Source: Calditrichota bacterium
GTDB taxonomy: Bacteria > Zhuqueibacterota > Zhuqueibacteria > Thermofontimicrobiales > Thermofontimicrobiaceae
Direction: 5' to 3'
Length of the DNA stretch: 64,000 bases
NCBI GenBank assembly: GCA_013152715.1
Contig: JAADFU010000094.1
Location: forward strand, 76,657 to 140,656
The translations under genes and the position numbers were made by a program. The notes below the pieces were generated by a model. That model ran no database searches, had not been told where the DNA came from, and worked only from the letters and a program-made list of their open reading frames with translations. Shown here piece after piece: positions 31,168 to 42,131 of the stretch. Within the stretch, counting starts at the first letter, position 1; each line of letters starts with the position of its first letter.

Positions 31168-33396
31168 ATGTTAAAAGAGCGCCAGCCATTCGATATTTCC
31201 GGGGAAATTGAGGAAAGATATCGAAGCGGCTTGCGCAATTTGATTCGCAAAATTCGGAAGTACTATCCCGGATTCGATGTGCAATTGCTCAAGAAAGCGT
31301 ACGAATTTGCTTACAACGCGCATCGTGACCAACTCCGTATGTCCGGGGAGCCTTACTTTGAGCATCCGTTGCATGTGGCAAATCTTTTAGCGGAACTGCG
31401 GATGGATCTGGTCACCATTTGCGGCGGTTTGCTGCATGACGTCGCTGAAGACACCGGCGTTTCGCTGGATGAAGTCCGCGAAGAATTTGGCGCTGAAATC
31501 GCGACGCTGGTGGATGGTGTGACGAAAATCAGCGAGTTGAAATTTGATAGCTTCGAAGCGCAGCAGGCGGAAAATTTTCGCAAGATGATTATTTCCATGG
31601 TTGAAGATATTCGCGTGATTCTGATTAAATTTGCCGATCGACTGCACAACATGCGCACTATTGACTTTTTACCGGAAAAAAAACGCGGTCGGATTGCGCG
31701 GGAAACAATGGATATTTACGCGCCATTGGCGCACCGGCTGGGCATTGCGCGGATCAAGTGGGAATTGGAAGATCTGGCGTTTAAAACGCTTTATCCTGAT
31801 GAATATAAATCTATTGTTCAAAGAATTTCCGACAAACGAGAGGAACGGGAGCGTTACATTCAGCGAGTGAAAAGACCGCTGCAACGGGAATTGAAAAAGT
31901 ACCATCTGCAAGCCGCTATCACCGGCAGACCCAAACATTTGTACAGCATCTACAACAAAATGCGGCGGCGTCATGTGCCGTTCGAGGACATTCTGGACCT
32001 TCAGGCGCTGCGCGTTGTCGTAAAAAAAATCGAAGATTGCTATTTTGCCTTGGGCATTGTTCATAGTTTATTTACGCCTATTCACGAGAAATTTAGCGAT
32101 TACATTGCCACGCCCAAATCGAATATGTATCAATCGTTGCATACGAAAGTGGTCGGTCCCGAAGGAAAAACAGTGGAAATTCAGATTCGTACCGAAGATA
32201 TGCATCGCACCGCCGAAGAAGGCATCGCCGCGCATTGGCGTTACAAAGAAGGAAAGGCAAAAGAAGATGAGTTGGATAAACATCTGATTTGGCTCCGCCG
32301 CGTACTTGAGTGGCAGCAAGATACGCCTGGTTCTTCCGAATTTATGGAGTATTTGAAAATTGACCTGTTCCACGATGAAGTTTTTGTATTTTCCCCCAAG
32401 GGTGATCTTTTTCGTCTGCCGGTCGGGTCGACGCCGATAGATTTTGCTTTTAGTGTGCATACGGCTATTGGCTACCATTGTCTTGGCGCAAAAGTGAACA
32501 AGAAAATTGTTCCTTTGAGTTATCAGTTGCAAAGTGGCGACGCGGTGGAAATTATTACTTCCAAGACTCAGCATCCCAATCCGGATTGGATTCATTTTGC
32601 GAAAACAACCAAAGCGAGATCAAAAATTAAACGCTGGGTAAATGAATCCATGTCCGAGCAGAGTCAGAAGCTGGGGGCGGAAATTTTGAACAAAGAACTG
32701 AAAAAGAGAAAAATTTCCGCGAAACCGGAAGAGTTGCAAGAACTGGCGCCAAGTTATGGCTTTAATGACGTGAACCAGTTTTTTGCCGCGATTGGGCGAG
32801 GCGAAGTGTCGCCGGTGAGCATTGTTCACAAATTAAAGCCTGATACCGAAGAAGAAAGAGAAAGCAGGAGCGGTTTTCAGAAATTTTTGCGACGGCCGAA
32901 AAAGGCGGGCAAGGGTGTTTTGGTTCAAGGGGTGGATAATTTGTTGATTACGTTCGGGAAATGTTGCCAGCCCGTGCCGGGCGAGCAAATTGTTGGCTTT
33001 ATCACCAAAGGACGCGGCGTTGTTATTCATCGCACGGATTGCAAAAATATGTTTACTCTGATGAAGCAGCCGGATCGGATAATTGAAGTCGAATGGGATG
33101 TGGAGAAGGATCAGCTTTTCAATGTCTCATTATTTTTAATAGCTCACTCGCGAAAGAAATTTTTAAATGAATTAATTGATGCCATGTCGCGACTTAATGT
33201 TACAATTTCCAAGTTGAATTTGAAAAAAGCCGAAACTTTCACGCATGTTCATGTTACTCTTGAAGTAAAAAATTTGCATCATCTGAAGCAAATCATCGCC
33301 CGGTTGAATAAATTAGACGGCTTGTTACAGGTCGAGCGAGTGAGCAGCGGGGAAGAAGAAAAAGAGGAGGCGAAATTTTTTCATGTCGTAAATTAA
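31168..33396 (+). CDS. rel: bifunctional (p)ppGpp synthetase/hydrolase (RelA/SpoT family)
   Basis: HD hydrolase motif HDVAEDT, synthetase domain, TGS and C-terminal ACT; the track ORF starts at a TTG at 31141 overlapping dnaB, the ATG at 31168 is more likely. Confidence 0.9.
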   Translation: MLKERQPFDISGEIEERYRSGLRNLIRKIRKYYPGFDVQLLKKAYEFAYNAHRDQLRMSGEPYFEHPLHVANLLAELRMDLVTICGGLLHDVAEDTGVSLDEVREEFGAEIATLVDGVTKISELKFDSFEAQQAENFRKMIISMVEDIRVILIKFADRLHNMRTIDFLPEKKRGRIARETMDIYAPLAHRLGIARIKWELEDLAFKTLYPDEYKSIVQRISDKREERERYIQRVKRPLQRELKKYHLQAAITGRPKHLYSIYNKMRRRHVPFEDILDLQALRVVVKKIEDCYFALGIVHSLFTPIHEKFSDYIATPKSNMYQSLHTKVVGPEGKTVEIQIRTEDMHRTAEEGIAAHWRYKEGKAKEDELDKHLIWLRRVLEWQQDTPGSSEFMEYLKIDLFHDEVFVFSPKGDLFRLPVGSTPIDFAFSVHTAIGYHCLGAKVNKKIVPLSYQLQSGDAVEIITSKTQHPNPDWIHFAKTTKARSKIKRWVNESMSEQSQKLGAEILNKELKKRKISAKPEELQELAPSYGFNDVNQFFAAIGRGEVSPVSIVHKLKPDTEEERESRSGFQKFLRRPKKAGKGVLVQGVDNLLITFGKCCQPVPGEQIVGFITKGRGVVIHRTDCKNMFTLMKQPDRIIEVEWDVEKDQLFNVSLFLIAHSRKKFLNELIDAMSRLNVTISKLNLKKAETFTHVHVTLEVKNLHHLKQIIARLNKLDGLLQVERVSSGEEEKEEAKFFHVVN

Positions 33397-33455
33397 GAAT
33401 AATTAATTCATAGAAATCTAAAAGATTCGTCGCATAAACATAAGGAGCAGACTCA

Positions 33456-33764
33456 ATGAAAAGAACCATCACAAAAAAAGATGTGGCTAAACGTACCGCG
33501 AAACTGGTCGGGGAAAAGATCTATCTTACTGAGAAAATTGTGGATGGTGTTTTTACAACATTGCGTGAGTTCATGTCCGAGGCAGACCCGGAAGTCCGCA
33601 TTGAAATTCGAGATTTTGGCGTGTTTGAAGTAAAAACCACAAAACCAAAACCCAAGGCTCGTAATCCGAAAACAGGGGAAATCATTTATGTCCCGGCGCG
33701 TCGAAAAACCCATTTCAAGGCGGGAAAATTGCTGAAGGAAATATTGAAACAACCGCTTGAATAA
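33456..33764 (+). CDS. HU/IHF-family DNA-binding protein (second paralogue)
   Basis: GFGVFEVKTTKPKPKARNPKTGEIIYVPARRKTHFKAGK arm motif. Confidence 0.8.
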   Translation: MKRTITKKDVAKRTAKLVGEKIYLTEKIVDGVFTTLREFMSEADPEVRIEIRDFGVFEVKTTKPKPKARNPKTGEIIYVPARRKTHFKAGKLLKEILKQPLE

Positions 33765-33780
33765 AAGCGAAATTTCAAGA

Positions 33781-33812
33781 CCGCCGTGATGAATTGATTG
33801 CGGCGGTTTTTG
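33781..33812 (+). terminator. terminator-like hairpin after the HU/IHF-like gene
   Basis: 6-bp GC stem ccgccg/cggcgg, 14-nt loop, followed by tttttgt, 17 nt after the stop codon. Confidence 0.4.
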
Positions 33813-33822
33813 TCATAAATCG

Positions 33823-34266
33823 TTGAAGGAGAGTGATAGCATTCAAGGACGAATATTGTCCGTCGATTTTGGCGAACGACGCGTGGGCATTGCCATCAGC
33901 GATCCCCTGGGCGTCATCGCTCAGCCATTGCCGACGATTGAAGTGAAATCCAACGCACAACTTCTGCGCGATCTCGGAGAAATAATTCAAAAAAAAGCAG
34001 TCGTCCGGATCGTCGTGGGAATGCCGTTGAATTTAAAAGGCGAGCGAGGAAAAACAGCGCAAGCTGTGGAAAAATTTGTGCGGCAGTTGAGAAAAAAAGC
34101 CGCCGTGCCCGTGGAAATTTGGGACGAGCGATTCACCTCTGTGGTGGCGGAACAGACAATTCGCGCCATGGGAAAATCTCCCAGCCGCCACAAAGGAAAA
34201 ATTGATCAAATTTCAGCGCAATTAATCTTACAAAATTATCTGGATGCAAAAGCTCTCAGAAGATGA
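33823..34266 (+). CDS. ruvX: Holliday-junction resolvase-like YqgF/RuvX
   Basis: ILSVDFGERRVGIAISD N-terminal RNase H-like motif; track start is a TTG. Confidence 0.85.
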   Translation: MKESDSIQGRILSVDFGERRVGIAISDPLGVIAQPLPTIEVKSNAQLLRDLGEIIQKKAVVRIVVGMPLNLKGERGKTAQAVEKFVRQLRKKAAVPVEIWDERFTSVVAEQTIRAMGKSPSRHKGKIDQISAQLILQNYLDAKALRR

Positions 34267-34505
34267 GCGCTTAAAAACTGATAATGAGAATTGGTGCCCG
34301 CGAAATGGTACTGTGTCGGCATCGTGCATTTTTCGCGGCAAAGCGCTGAAATTTTCAGGCGTAGCTTGTAATGTCCCGATTTCTCAATAGACTCCGCCGC
34401 GGCGTCCGGGTTTTTGAATGTGCGCCTCCGAGATATTCAAAGCGGAATTCAAATGTGATGCGAAGCCAAAAACACAAAGGAATTTAACGACACGGATTTT
34501 AATTT

Positions 34506-35516
34506 ATGGGATCGAAGAAGTTTCGAGTTGGAGTGAGCGGCGTCAGCGGGATCGCGCAGATGCTTCATTTGCCGATTTTAAGCAAGATGGCAAATGTCGA
34601 GGTCAGCGCGGTTTTCGATTATGATTACTATCGAGCGAAGCGCATCGCTGAAAAATTTAAAATAAAACATGTTTTTAATAATTTTGATGATTTTGTGCGC
34701 TCGCCAAATTTTGATTTGCTGGACATCTGTTCGCCGGTGAATTTGCATTTTAGCGAAGCTTCGTCAGCGATCAAATCTGGCAAGCATGCCCTCATTGAAA
34801 AACCATTCACACAAAACGCAATAGAAGCGGCAGCAATTGTCGAGCTGGCACAGTCGAAGCAAAAGCGCATCATGTCATTGATGAATTTGAAGTTTCGCCC
34901 CGATGCTATTGCGCTGAAAAGTCTCCTCGATTCTAACAAAATTGGCGATGTTTTTTTTGTCAAAGCCGGCTGGCTGAGGCGAAATGAAAAATGGCAACAA
35001 AAGGCTGTTTTTCAAAAAAATCAACAAGGCGTGATCATGCATTTGGGTTTGCAGTTAGTGGATTTGAGCTTGTGGCTGCTGAACGATCCGAATGTGAGAA
35101 CTGTCAAGGCAAACGGTTTTCGCCAAATTATGAAGTCGTGGGTCGAAGACACTGCTTTTTTGCATCTGGGATTGGAAAATAACGTCAGTGTCGCACTTGA
35201 AGTCGGATGGAAGCTCGATTATGGCGCAGATTTTCTCTACGTCAATTTGCTGGGAGAACACGGCGCAGCGAAATTGAACCCCTTTACTCTGTTAACGGAG
35301 AATAATGGAAAATTGGTGGAGACAAGATCCGGCGAAACGATTTTTCATGACGACCCTTTTCATAAATCCTACGAAAACGCGCTCTCGCATTTTTTCTATT
35401 GTCTGGAAAATGATCAACCTTTACAAATCAGCGGCGCTGAAATTATCAACCGCATGAAAATTATCGATGCGGTTTATGAATCAGTCAAGACCGGGAAAGA
35501 GGTAGAACTGACATGA
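34506..35516 (+). CDS. Gfo/Idh/MocA-family oxidoreductase
   Basis: N-terminal Rossmann KFRVGVSGVSGIA, EKP motif (ALIEKPF), C-terminal alpha/beta domain. Confidence 0.8.
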   Translation: MGSKKFRVGVSGVSGIAQMLHLPILSKMANVEVSAVFDYDYYRAKRIAEKFKIKHVFNNFDDFVRSPNFDLLDICSPVNLHFSEASSAIKSGKHALIEKPFTQNAIEAAAIVELAQSKQKRIMSLMNLKFRPDAIALKSLLDSNKIGDVFFVKAGWLRRNEKWQQKAVFQKNQQGVIMHLGLQLVDLSLWLLNDPNVRTVKANGFRQIMKSWVEDTAFLHLGLENNVSVALEVGWKLDYGADFLYVNLLGEHGAAKLNPFTLLTENNGKLVETRSGETIFHDDPFHKSYENALSHFFYCLENDQPLQISGAEIINRMKIIDAVYESVKTGKEVELT

Positions 35517-37063
35517 AGCGAGACCTGATTTTTTCACTATTAACAGGATTTTTTCTTTCTCTTGCTTTTCCGCCGTTTCATCTTGGATTTTTAGCGTATG
35601 TGGCATTGATCCCTTTCTTTTTTCTTTTGCAAAGTAAAAATTTCCGGGAATCGGCTCGCTGGGGCTATGCGACCGGTTTGTTTGTGAATCTGGGGACGCT
35701 TTATTGGATCAGTTGGGTCACAGTCCCCGGGGCAATAGCGGCTATTTTGTATTTGCCGGTATATTTTGTGCTTTATGCCGTTATTCACACTTTTTTGCAA
35801 CGGCGGCTCCCTGAAAAATATTTCTATCTGTGCATTCCTTTTTTGTGGACTGGCATGGAATATTTGCGTTCGCTCGGCGTGTTGGGTTTCCCGTGGAATT
35901 CTTTGGCGTACACGCAAACTTATTACCTGTCGCTGATTCAATATGCCGAGTACACCAGTTTGTTTGGCGTTTCTTTTTGGATCGTATGGTTGAACGTCAT
36001 TATTTTTCTGATCATAAAAAACGTGAATAATTACCGGAAAATTGTCTTCTATTTTGCACTGTTGATTTTACTTTTTCTCTTGCCTTACATTTACGGCAAA
36101 ATTGTCGTGCCGCCGTCGAATGAAGCGCCTCAAGAAAAGATTCGCGTTGGTTTGGTGCAAGGGGACATCGATCCCCTGGAGAAATGGGACGACGCCTTTC
36201 GCATGGAAAATCTGAAAATTTACCAGTCGTTGACCTATCAAATGAACACCGATTCCCTCGATTTGATTATCTGGCCGGAAACTGCGACACCGGTCTATCT
36301 GCGCGATTCTGAAGTTTATCGTCAGGCGATACGGGAAATCGTGGACAGTCTCCATGTTTCGTTGATTACCGGCACTCCGGATTACCAATTTCTTCCCGAC
36401 CATAGCTACAAAACGTTCAACGCCGTATTTTCATTTGTCCCCGGAAAAAAAAACTTTGACGTCTATCGGAAGTTACATTTAGTCCCTTTCGGCGAGCGCG
36501 TGCCCTTTACGGAAACGTTTCCATTCATTGCAGATCTGCTGGAAAAGTTGGAAATGGGCGAGGGGAATTTTTCGCCGGGAGATTCGATCGTGTCCTTTAA
36601 AATTCCTTGGAAAAAGACGTCTGCATCGCGAACGGCGTCTGAACGTCGCTATTTCATGGCGCCGGTGGTTGTCTGTTTTGAGTCGCTTTTTTCCAATTTG
36701 GTGCGAAAATTCGTATTGAACGGGGCCGATATCCTCATCATCATTACCAACGATGCCTGGTTCGGTAAAAGTCAGGCGCCGTTCCATCACGCTCAAGCCG
36801 CTGTTTTTCGCGCCATTGAAAATAGAATTTCTATTGCTCGCTGCGCAAATACGGGAGTTTCCATGTTCATCGACGCCTATGGCCGTACCAGTTCTGAGAC
36901 GCCGATTTGGGTGCGCACCGCTATTTCTGGCGAACTGACGCCACGCCAAAAAAATACTTTCTTCAGCGTTCACGGACATCTGTTTACGAATATTGTTTCC
37001 TTATTCAACTTGCTTCCATTGATTTATGCAATTCTTTCTCTGTTGCGAAAAAATAACAGCTAA
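35513..37063 (+). CDS. lnt: apolipoprotein N-acyltransferase
   Basis: Polytopic N-terminal domain plus CN-hydrolase domain (E...K...C triad region WPETA / CFESLF); 516 aa. Confidence 0.85.
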   Translation: MKRDLIFSLLTGFFLSLAFPPFHLGFLAYVALIPFFFLLQSKNFRESARWGYATGLFVNLGTLYWISWVTVPGAIAAILYLPVYFVLYAVIHTFLQRRLPEKYFYLCIPFLWTGMEYLRSLGVLGFPWNSLAYTQTYYLSLIQYAEYTSLFGVSFWIVWLNVIIFLIIKNVNNYRKIVFYFALLILLFLLPYIYGKIVVPPSNEAPQEKIRVGLVQGDIDPLEKWDDAFRMENLKIYQSLTYQMNTDSLDLIIWPETATPVYLRDSEVYRQAIREIVDSLHVSLITGTPDYQFLPDHSYKTFNAVFSFVPGKKNFDVYRKLHLVPFGERVPFTETFPFIADLLEKLEMGEGNFSPGDSIVSFKIPWKKTSASRTASERRYFMAPVVVCFESLFSNLVRKFVLNGADILIIITNDAWFGKSQAPFHHAQAAVFRAIENRISIARCANTGVSMFIDAYGRTSSETPIWVRTAISGELTPRQKNTFFSVHGHLFTNIVSLFNLLPLIYAILSLLRKNNS

Positions 37064-37283
37064 ATTGCCGCCTTCTGGCAGGATTTTTGAGACTTATTCC
37101 CGACGATAAAATTAAAATATTAAAAACCATTATTATTGCCAAAAGTTGGGAACTATTTAATGAAAGATTGATTAAATGAGTACCCAAAAATTCAAGACAG
37201 TGTAAAATTCAATATTTTTTCCTGATTGCAAAAGCGGTTATTAACAAACGCCTCAGCGGGAAACGTAGGCGACTTACGAACAA

Positions 37284-38312
37284 ATGAAAATTATCATTTT
37301 AAAATATTTGATTCCATTTTTGTTGCTCGGTTCAGTGAGCGTTCAAGCGCAAAATGATTTGTTTCTGTCGCTCAGCACGATGAAGGCAAAGCCGTTGTCC
37401 ATGGCAAGCGCCTACACCTCCGTCGAGGATAATCTTGTTTCCGGACTTTACAATCCGGCGTCTTTGCGTTTGTTCAAAGGGGAAAAGAATTTTCGCGTCA
37501 CGTTTTTCCTGAATCCGATCGCGCCGGCGAGCGCTATTTATGAACGCTACGGCAAAGAGCCGGCGGATCCGAGCCTGGAATCGCGTTCAGTGTGGAAAGA
37601 TGCTTTGCTGCTTTTCAAAGGCGTTGTCATCTCTGCCAAATTTTTAGATTTCGGTCTGGTTTTTAACGAACAAATCATTGATCCGCGCGTGATTTCGCAG
37701 CAGAAAGATATTTTTTCTTATTATGATTTCTCCAAAAATAGTTCTCATTCGGCTATTTTGCATTTGCGGTTAGCAGACCGCGTCTCGCTTGGCGCATCAG
37801 GCACGTTGTTTTTGCGGGAGCAAGGCGATAAGGTTCAGCGAGGCTTCGGATTTAGCTACGGCATTTTGATGAAACCGGCCAAGCGAATGAACGCCGGCGT
37901 TGTCTACCATTACTTGCCGCGACTGATGTCGGACGTTCGTATCCCGCTGGAAAAAATGGTGGATCAAACCATCAACGTCGGGCTTTCTTACTATCCGTTT
38001 GACGCGACGACATTATCGTTAGATTTGAGAAATTTAACCGAGGAAAAAGGCAAGAGCGTCATCGAATTGCGTTTTGGTGTCGAGCAGCGAGTTTTTTCAT
38101 TGTTCGCGTTGCGTGGCGGTTATTTCAAAGAGCGCTTTTCTGATCGGGAACAAATTTCGGCGGGAATCGGCATACTGGATACTAATATTTTCTTCTCGCG
38201 CGCGGAAAAATTTCAGCGCTCCCCGTTTTTGCTCAATTACGCGGTGATTTTCGAGAAAAACAACGCAGTGACCACGCGCTGGCACGTGGTCACTTTTGGC
38301 CTCAGATTTTAA
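37284..38312 (+). CDS. FadL/OMPP1-like outer-membrane beta-barrel protein (paralogue 3, short)
   Basis: Signal peptide (SVSVQAQ), then LSMASAYTSVEDNLVSGLYNPASL signature; ends with an aromatic residue (LRF). Confidence 0.5.
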   Translation: MKIIILKYLIPFLLLGSVSVQAQNDLFLSLSTMKAKPLSMASAYTSVEDNLVSGLYNPASLRLFKGEKNFRVTFFLNPIAPASAIYERYGKEPADPSLESRSVWKDALLLFKGVVISAKFLDFGLVFNEQIIDPRVISQQKDIFSYYDFSKNSSHSAILHLRLADRVSLGASGTLFLREQGDKVQRGFGFSYGILMKPAKRMNAGVVYHYLPRLMSDVRIPLEKMVDQTINVGLSYYPFDATTLSLDLRNLTEEKGKSVIELRFGVEQRVFSLFALRGGYFKERFSDREQISAGIGILDTNIFFSRAEKFQRSPFLLNYAVIFEKNNAVTTRWHVVTFGLRF

Positions 38313-38453
38313 TAAATTTTCTGATTCATCGCTGGCAAATGAAAGCGATAGATGATTTCGCTTCCCTTACAATTGACCACTCGATTTTCCCATGAGCGGG
38401 AACTTTATCCCTACAGTGGAGTTTTATTTGGTGATTATTCTGAAGATAAAAAC

Positions 38454-39077
38454 ATGGCATTTCGTATTTTTCGCGCTCAAATTATTTTTTTGCTAATTTG
38501 TCCGCTTCTGCTGAGCGGTCAAACAAATCAACCCAGCTCTAATGTCGAAATTTTTCAGCGGTTAGCTCATGCCATCGTCTGCGAAGCAGCGCGGGACGCT
38601 GGCGTTGATTCGCTGCACGGCGTCGTTTTTCGTTCCCGAAGCGAAAATGGTTCTGGTGATTGGTTGGTTGAAAATGCGTTCATTCGCTATTTTCTGAAGC
38701 AAAATATCCCGGTGCAGATGGCTAATGACGCGAAAAACGAAAACGCTTTGTTGTTTGAATTTTATCTGACAGAGCTTAAAATTAGCTATCAGAAAGCAGC
38801 CGCCAGAAAGCAAGTGACGCGTCGCTTTTCTGTCAAAATTGACGTGCGCGTTTCGCGCGGACAGGCGAAATCGGTTGTTTTGCTAAAGAGTTATGTTAGA
38901 AAATATCAGGATACGATACCTGTTCATTCTATTGAACAGGTGGAATCTGCACGGTATCCATTCACACATGCGGATTTTTCCGGCAGCCATAAATTTTGGC
39001 GCTGGATCAATCCCGTCGTTATTTTGGCGAGTACAAGCGCCGTAATTTATTCATTCTTTGCCTTGCGGAGTAAATAG
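38454..39077 (+). CDS. hypothetical secreted/membrane-anchored protein
   Basis: Start refined to MAFRIFRAQIIFLLICPLLLSGQ (signal peptide); C-terminal hydrophobic helix; no recognisable domain. Confidence 0.5.
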   Translation: MAFRIFRAQIIFLLICPLLLSGQTNQPSSNVEIFQRLAHAIVCEAARDAGVDSLHGVVFRSRSENGSGDWLVENAFIRYFLKQNIPVQMANDAKNENALLFEFYLTELKISYQKAAARKQVTRRFSVKIDVRVSRGQAKSVVLLKSYVRKYQDTIPVHSIEQVESARYPFTHADFSGSHKFWRWINPVVILASTSAVIYSFFALRSK

Positions 39078-39088
39078 GAAGCAAATAA

Positions 39089-39856
39089 ATGAAAAAGATT
39101 CTGACTCAGTCTGTAATGATTATTCTTCTGTTGATGTTAGCGACAATAGCTTGTAACCGAAACAAAATCAAACCCACGGCGTCCGCCGAAGAGCGAATGA
39201 AAATAGCTGAGAAAATGTTCAAAGACGAGGATTATTTGGATGCGCGCACTCAATTTCGCATCATTATTTATAATTTTCCCGGCAGCGCGGTCAGCGCCAG
39301 GGCGCAATATATGTTTGCCGAATGCTACTTCAAAACGAAAGAGTACCTTATTGCCGCTGCCGAATATGAAAAACTTTTGCGCGTTTATGCGAATAGCGAA
39401 TATGTTGATGACGCTCAGTTTAAAATAGCGCTGTGCTACTACAAACTTTCTCCTAAATATTCATTGGATCAGGAGTACACGCGCAAAGCTGTCGAAGAAT
39501 TGCAAAAATTCCTCGAAGATTATCCGAACAGCGAATTGGCGAAAGAAGCCAATGTTTATTTGCATAAATGCCGCTCTAAATTAGGCAAAAAATATTACAA
39601 GAGCGGTGAAATTTATCAAAAGATGGCGTTTTACAAGTCAGCGATTATTTACTACGATTATGTTCTGGACAATTATTACGATACTGAATTTGCCCCGAAG
39701 GCGCTCATCGGCAAGGCGGAGTGCTATCAAGATATGAAAAAGAACGATGAAGCAATAAAATTTTATCAGTTGTATTTGGAAAAATACCCCAAAGGATCGA
39801 GCGCCAGGAAAGTCAAATCTATTTTGGAAAAATTAAAAAAAAGCAAGCAAGGCTAA
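39089..39856 (+). CDS. bamD: BamD/ComL-like TPR lipoprotein (outer-membrane protein assembly factor)
   Basis: Lipobox LATIAC, TPR helices with AQYMFAECYFK / AQFKIALCYYK pattern typical of BamD. Confidence 0.65.
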   Translation: MKKILTQSVMIILLLMLATIACNRNKIKPTASAEERMKIAEKMFKDEDYLDARTQFRIIIYNFPGSAVSARAQYMFAECYFKTKEYLIAAAEYEKLLRVYANSEYVDDAQFKIALCYYKLSPKYSLDQEYTRKAVEELQKFLEDYPNSELAKEANVYLHKCRSKLGKKYYKSGEIYQKMAFYKSAIIYYDYVLDNYYDTEFAPKALIGKAECYQDMKKNDEAIKFYQLYLEKYPKGSSARKVKSILEKLKKSKQG

Positions 39857-39884
39857 TGACCAGATTCAGCGCGCGGGTGGGTCG

Positions 39885-40499
39885 ATGACTAATCGCTCCA
39901 AAATTGGACTTCTGGGCGGTTCTTTTGATCCGATTCACTACGGTCATCTTCAATTGGCGCAGTGGACGTTTGAGAGATTGGAATTGAACAAAATTTTATT
40001 CATTCCAGCGGCGACTCCTCCGCACAAACGAGACGTCAATCTGACCGCTGCTGTTCATCGGCTGAATATGGTAAAAATCGCTTTGCAAGATTTCCCTCCC
40101 TTTGAAGCTTCCGACATCGAAATTAAACGCAAAGGCGTTTCCTACACCATCGATACAATTCATGAAATTAAAGATTTGTACCAATTGACCGGCGACGACG
40201 TGCATTTGATAATCGGCGCTGACAATCTAGTCACATTTTACAGTTGGCGCGCGCCCGAACAAATTCTCAACGACTGTCGCGTAGTTGTCTTTCGCAGAGC
40301 CGAGTTTGACATCAGCCAGGTGGACGCTGAATTGCTCGACAGCGTTCAAATACTGGATACGCCGCTGCTGCCTGTGTCGTCAACGGAAATCCGGGAAAAA
40401 ATCAGGCTGGGCCAAAGTGTCGCCGGTTTAGTCCCTGAAAAAGTGCTGGCGTACATTGAACAACATGGCTTGTATCGAGAACCGAATTCAAAAAAATAA
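39885..40499 (+). CDS. nadD: nicotinate-nucleotide adenylyltransferase
   Basis: GGSFDPIHYGHL (H/T)xGH motif and SxTxxR (VSSTEIR). Confidence 0.9.
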   Translation: MTNRSKIGLLGGSFDPIHYGHLQLAQWTFERLELNKILFIPAATPPHKRDVNLTAAVHRLNMVKIALQDFPPFEASDIEIKRKGVSYTIDTIHEIKDLYQLTGDDVHLIIGADNLVTFYSWRAPEQILNDCRVVVFRRAEFDISQVDAELLDSVQILDTPLLPVSSTEIREKIRLGQSVAGLVPEKVLAYIEQHGLYREPNSKK

Positions 40500-40851
40500 C
40501 TCGCATTAAAAATCTTCTTGCATTTCTGGAAAATAACTCTTAATTTAAATCAGTCGCAATAAAAATAAAGTCTTTATTTTTCCGTTGTTTTGAAAAAATT
40601 CGGTATGTATCTTATAGTTACGGCCCGCATGTTTTGACTTTGGAGTAAATTGTTAACGGTTATTTTTTATTTGAATTTGCTGCCATTAATATGAGAATTT
40701 TCAAATGCAGAAAAAAGCAAAACTCAAAGAAATACTTAGCCGCTACTTTTTGAATTAGGGAGAAATTTGAAAGTAGCAATTTTTATCGAGCCAATTTGCA
40801 AAATATCATTCGGTTGAGTTCTTTGCCAAATTATCTATTCTCGGAGGGCGT

Positions 40852-41529
40852 ATGGATATTGAATTATTGAAAAAGGTGCCGATTTTTTCCAATCTTAGCG
40901 ATGAGGAATTGCAGAAAATCCGCAAACTGTGCGTAACGCAGCATTATGAAAAAGATCGTCTGATTCTCATTGAAGAAGAGAGCGGAAAGACGCTGTTTTT
41001 GATCCAAAAAGGCAGAGTGAAAGTGTCGCGCATGAGCGATGATGGCAGAGAAGTGATTTTGTCGATTTTGGGCGCCGGCGGTTTTTTCGGCGAGCTTTCG
41101 CTCATCGACGGAAAATCGCGTTCCGCCAGTGTGACCGCTATCGAAGATTCGGAGGTACTGCTGCTTCATCGGGCGGAGTTTTTGGTGCTCTTGGAAGATT
41201 ACCCGCAAATCGCAATCAGCTTGCTCAAAGAATTAGCGGCGCGCATTCGAAAGAGCGACACGCAAATTAAAAGTTTGTCGCTACAAGACGCCATGGGACG
41301 CGTAGCTTCGACTTTGATTTTGCTGGCGGAAGATAGCGGCAGAATCCGCCAGGGCACAGTCATCATTCCGAAAATTCCCTTGCAGCAAGACCTGGCAAAC
41401 ATGTCCGGAACGTCGCGAGAGACCATTTCGCGCGTTTTTCGCTATTTTGAAGAAGAACAGTTGATGACACGAGAAGGGCGGCGCGTCACTATTCCGGAAT
41501 ATGAAAAATTTAAGCGCATGTTTTCATAA
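40852..41529 (+). CDS. Crp/Fnr-family transcriptional regulator
   Basis: cNMP-binding beta-roll (GAGGFFGELSLIDG...RSASV) plus C-terminal HTH (TSRETISRVF). Confidence 0.85.
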   Translation: MDIELLKKVPIFSNLSDEELQKIRKLCVTQHYEKDRLILIEEESGKTLFLIQKGRVKVSRMSDDGREVILSILGAGGFFGELSLIDGKSRSASVTAIEDSEVLLLHRAEFLVLLEDYPQIAISLLKELAARIRKSDTQIKSLSLQDAMGRVASTLILLAEDSGRIRQGTVIIPKIPLQQDLANMSGTSRETISRVFRYFEEEQLMTREGRRVTIPEYEKFKRMFS

Positions 41530-41588
41530 CGACAAATTGAAATGATTAATCCGTAGCCACATTTATCTTTTCAGCCGGAGAATCCATC

Positions 41589-42038
41589 ATGCCTCAGAAT
41601 TTCGAGGGTCCCAGAGTCGGAGTGGGAGCTATTATCTTCAATGACAAAAATCAAGTTTTGCTCATCAAACGCGGCAACGTGCCTTACAAAGGCGTCTGGA
41701 CTATTCCGGGTGGCCGAGTCGAATTAGGCGAACCCGTGAAAGAGGCGGCGTTGCGCGAAGTGCGCGAAGAATGTCACCTCGAAATCGAATTAGTCGATCT
41801 GTTGGGCGTTGTGGATTTGATTTTAAAAAACAAGAATGGGACGGTAGATTTTCATTACGTTCTGATTGATTATCTGGCAAAATTCAAAAGCGGCGCACCT
41901 CGCGCGGATTCTGACGCGACGGACATCGGTTGGTTTTCTCGGGAGCAATGGGAAAAATTGGACATTCCGTCCATTACTCGCAAAATGCTGGAGAAGGCAT
42001 TCACTAAAATTTATCCCAGCGAAGAATCTTACAACTAA
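41589..42038 (+). CDS. NUDIX hydrolase
   Basis: Nudix box GGRVELGEPVKEAALREVREECHLE. Confidence 0.8.
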   Translation: MPQNFEGPRVGVGAIIFNDKNQVLLIKRGNVPYKGVWTIPGGRVELGEPVKEAALREVREECHLEIELVDLLGVVDLILKNKNGTVDFHYVLIDYLAKFKSGAPRADSDATDIGWFSREQWEKLDIPSITRKMLEKAFTKIYPSEESYN

Positions 42039-42102
42039 CTCTCATTTCGCAAATTAAAATGTTTCCGTAAAATTGAAATTATTCTTCAAAACAAATTTTC
42101 CC

Positions 42103-42131
42103 TTGACATTGGAAAAGATATTCGTTATTAT
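42103..42131 (+). promoter_or_regulatory. sigma70-type promoter (TTGACA-17-TATTAT) driving the amidase module via a ~200-nt leader
   Basis: TTGACA 42103-42108, 17-nt spacer, TATTAT 42126-42131. Confidence 0.45.
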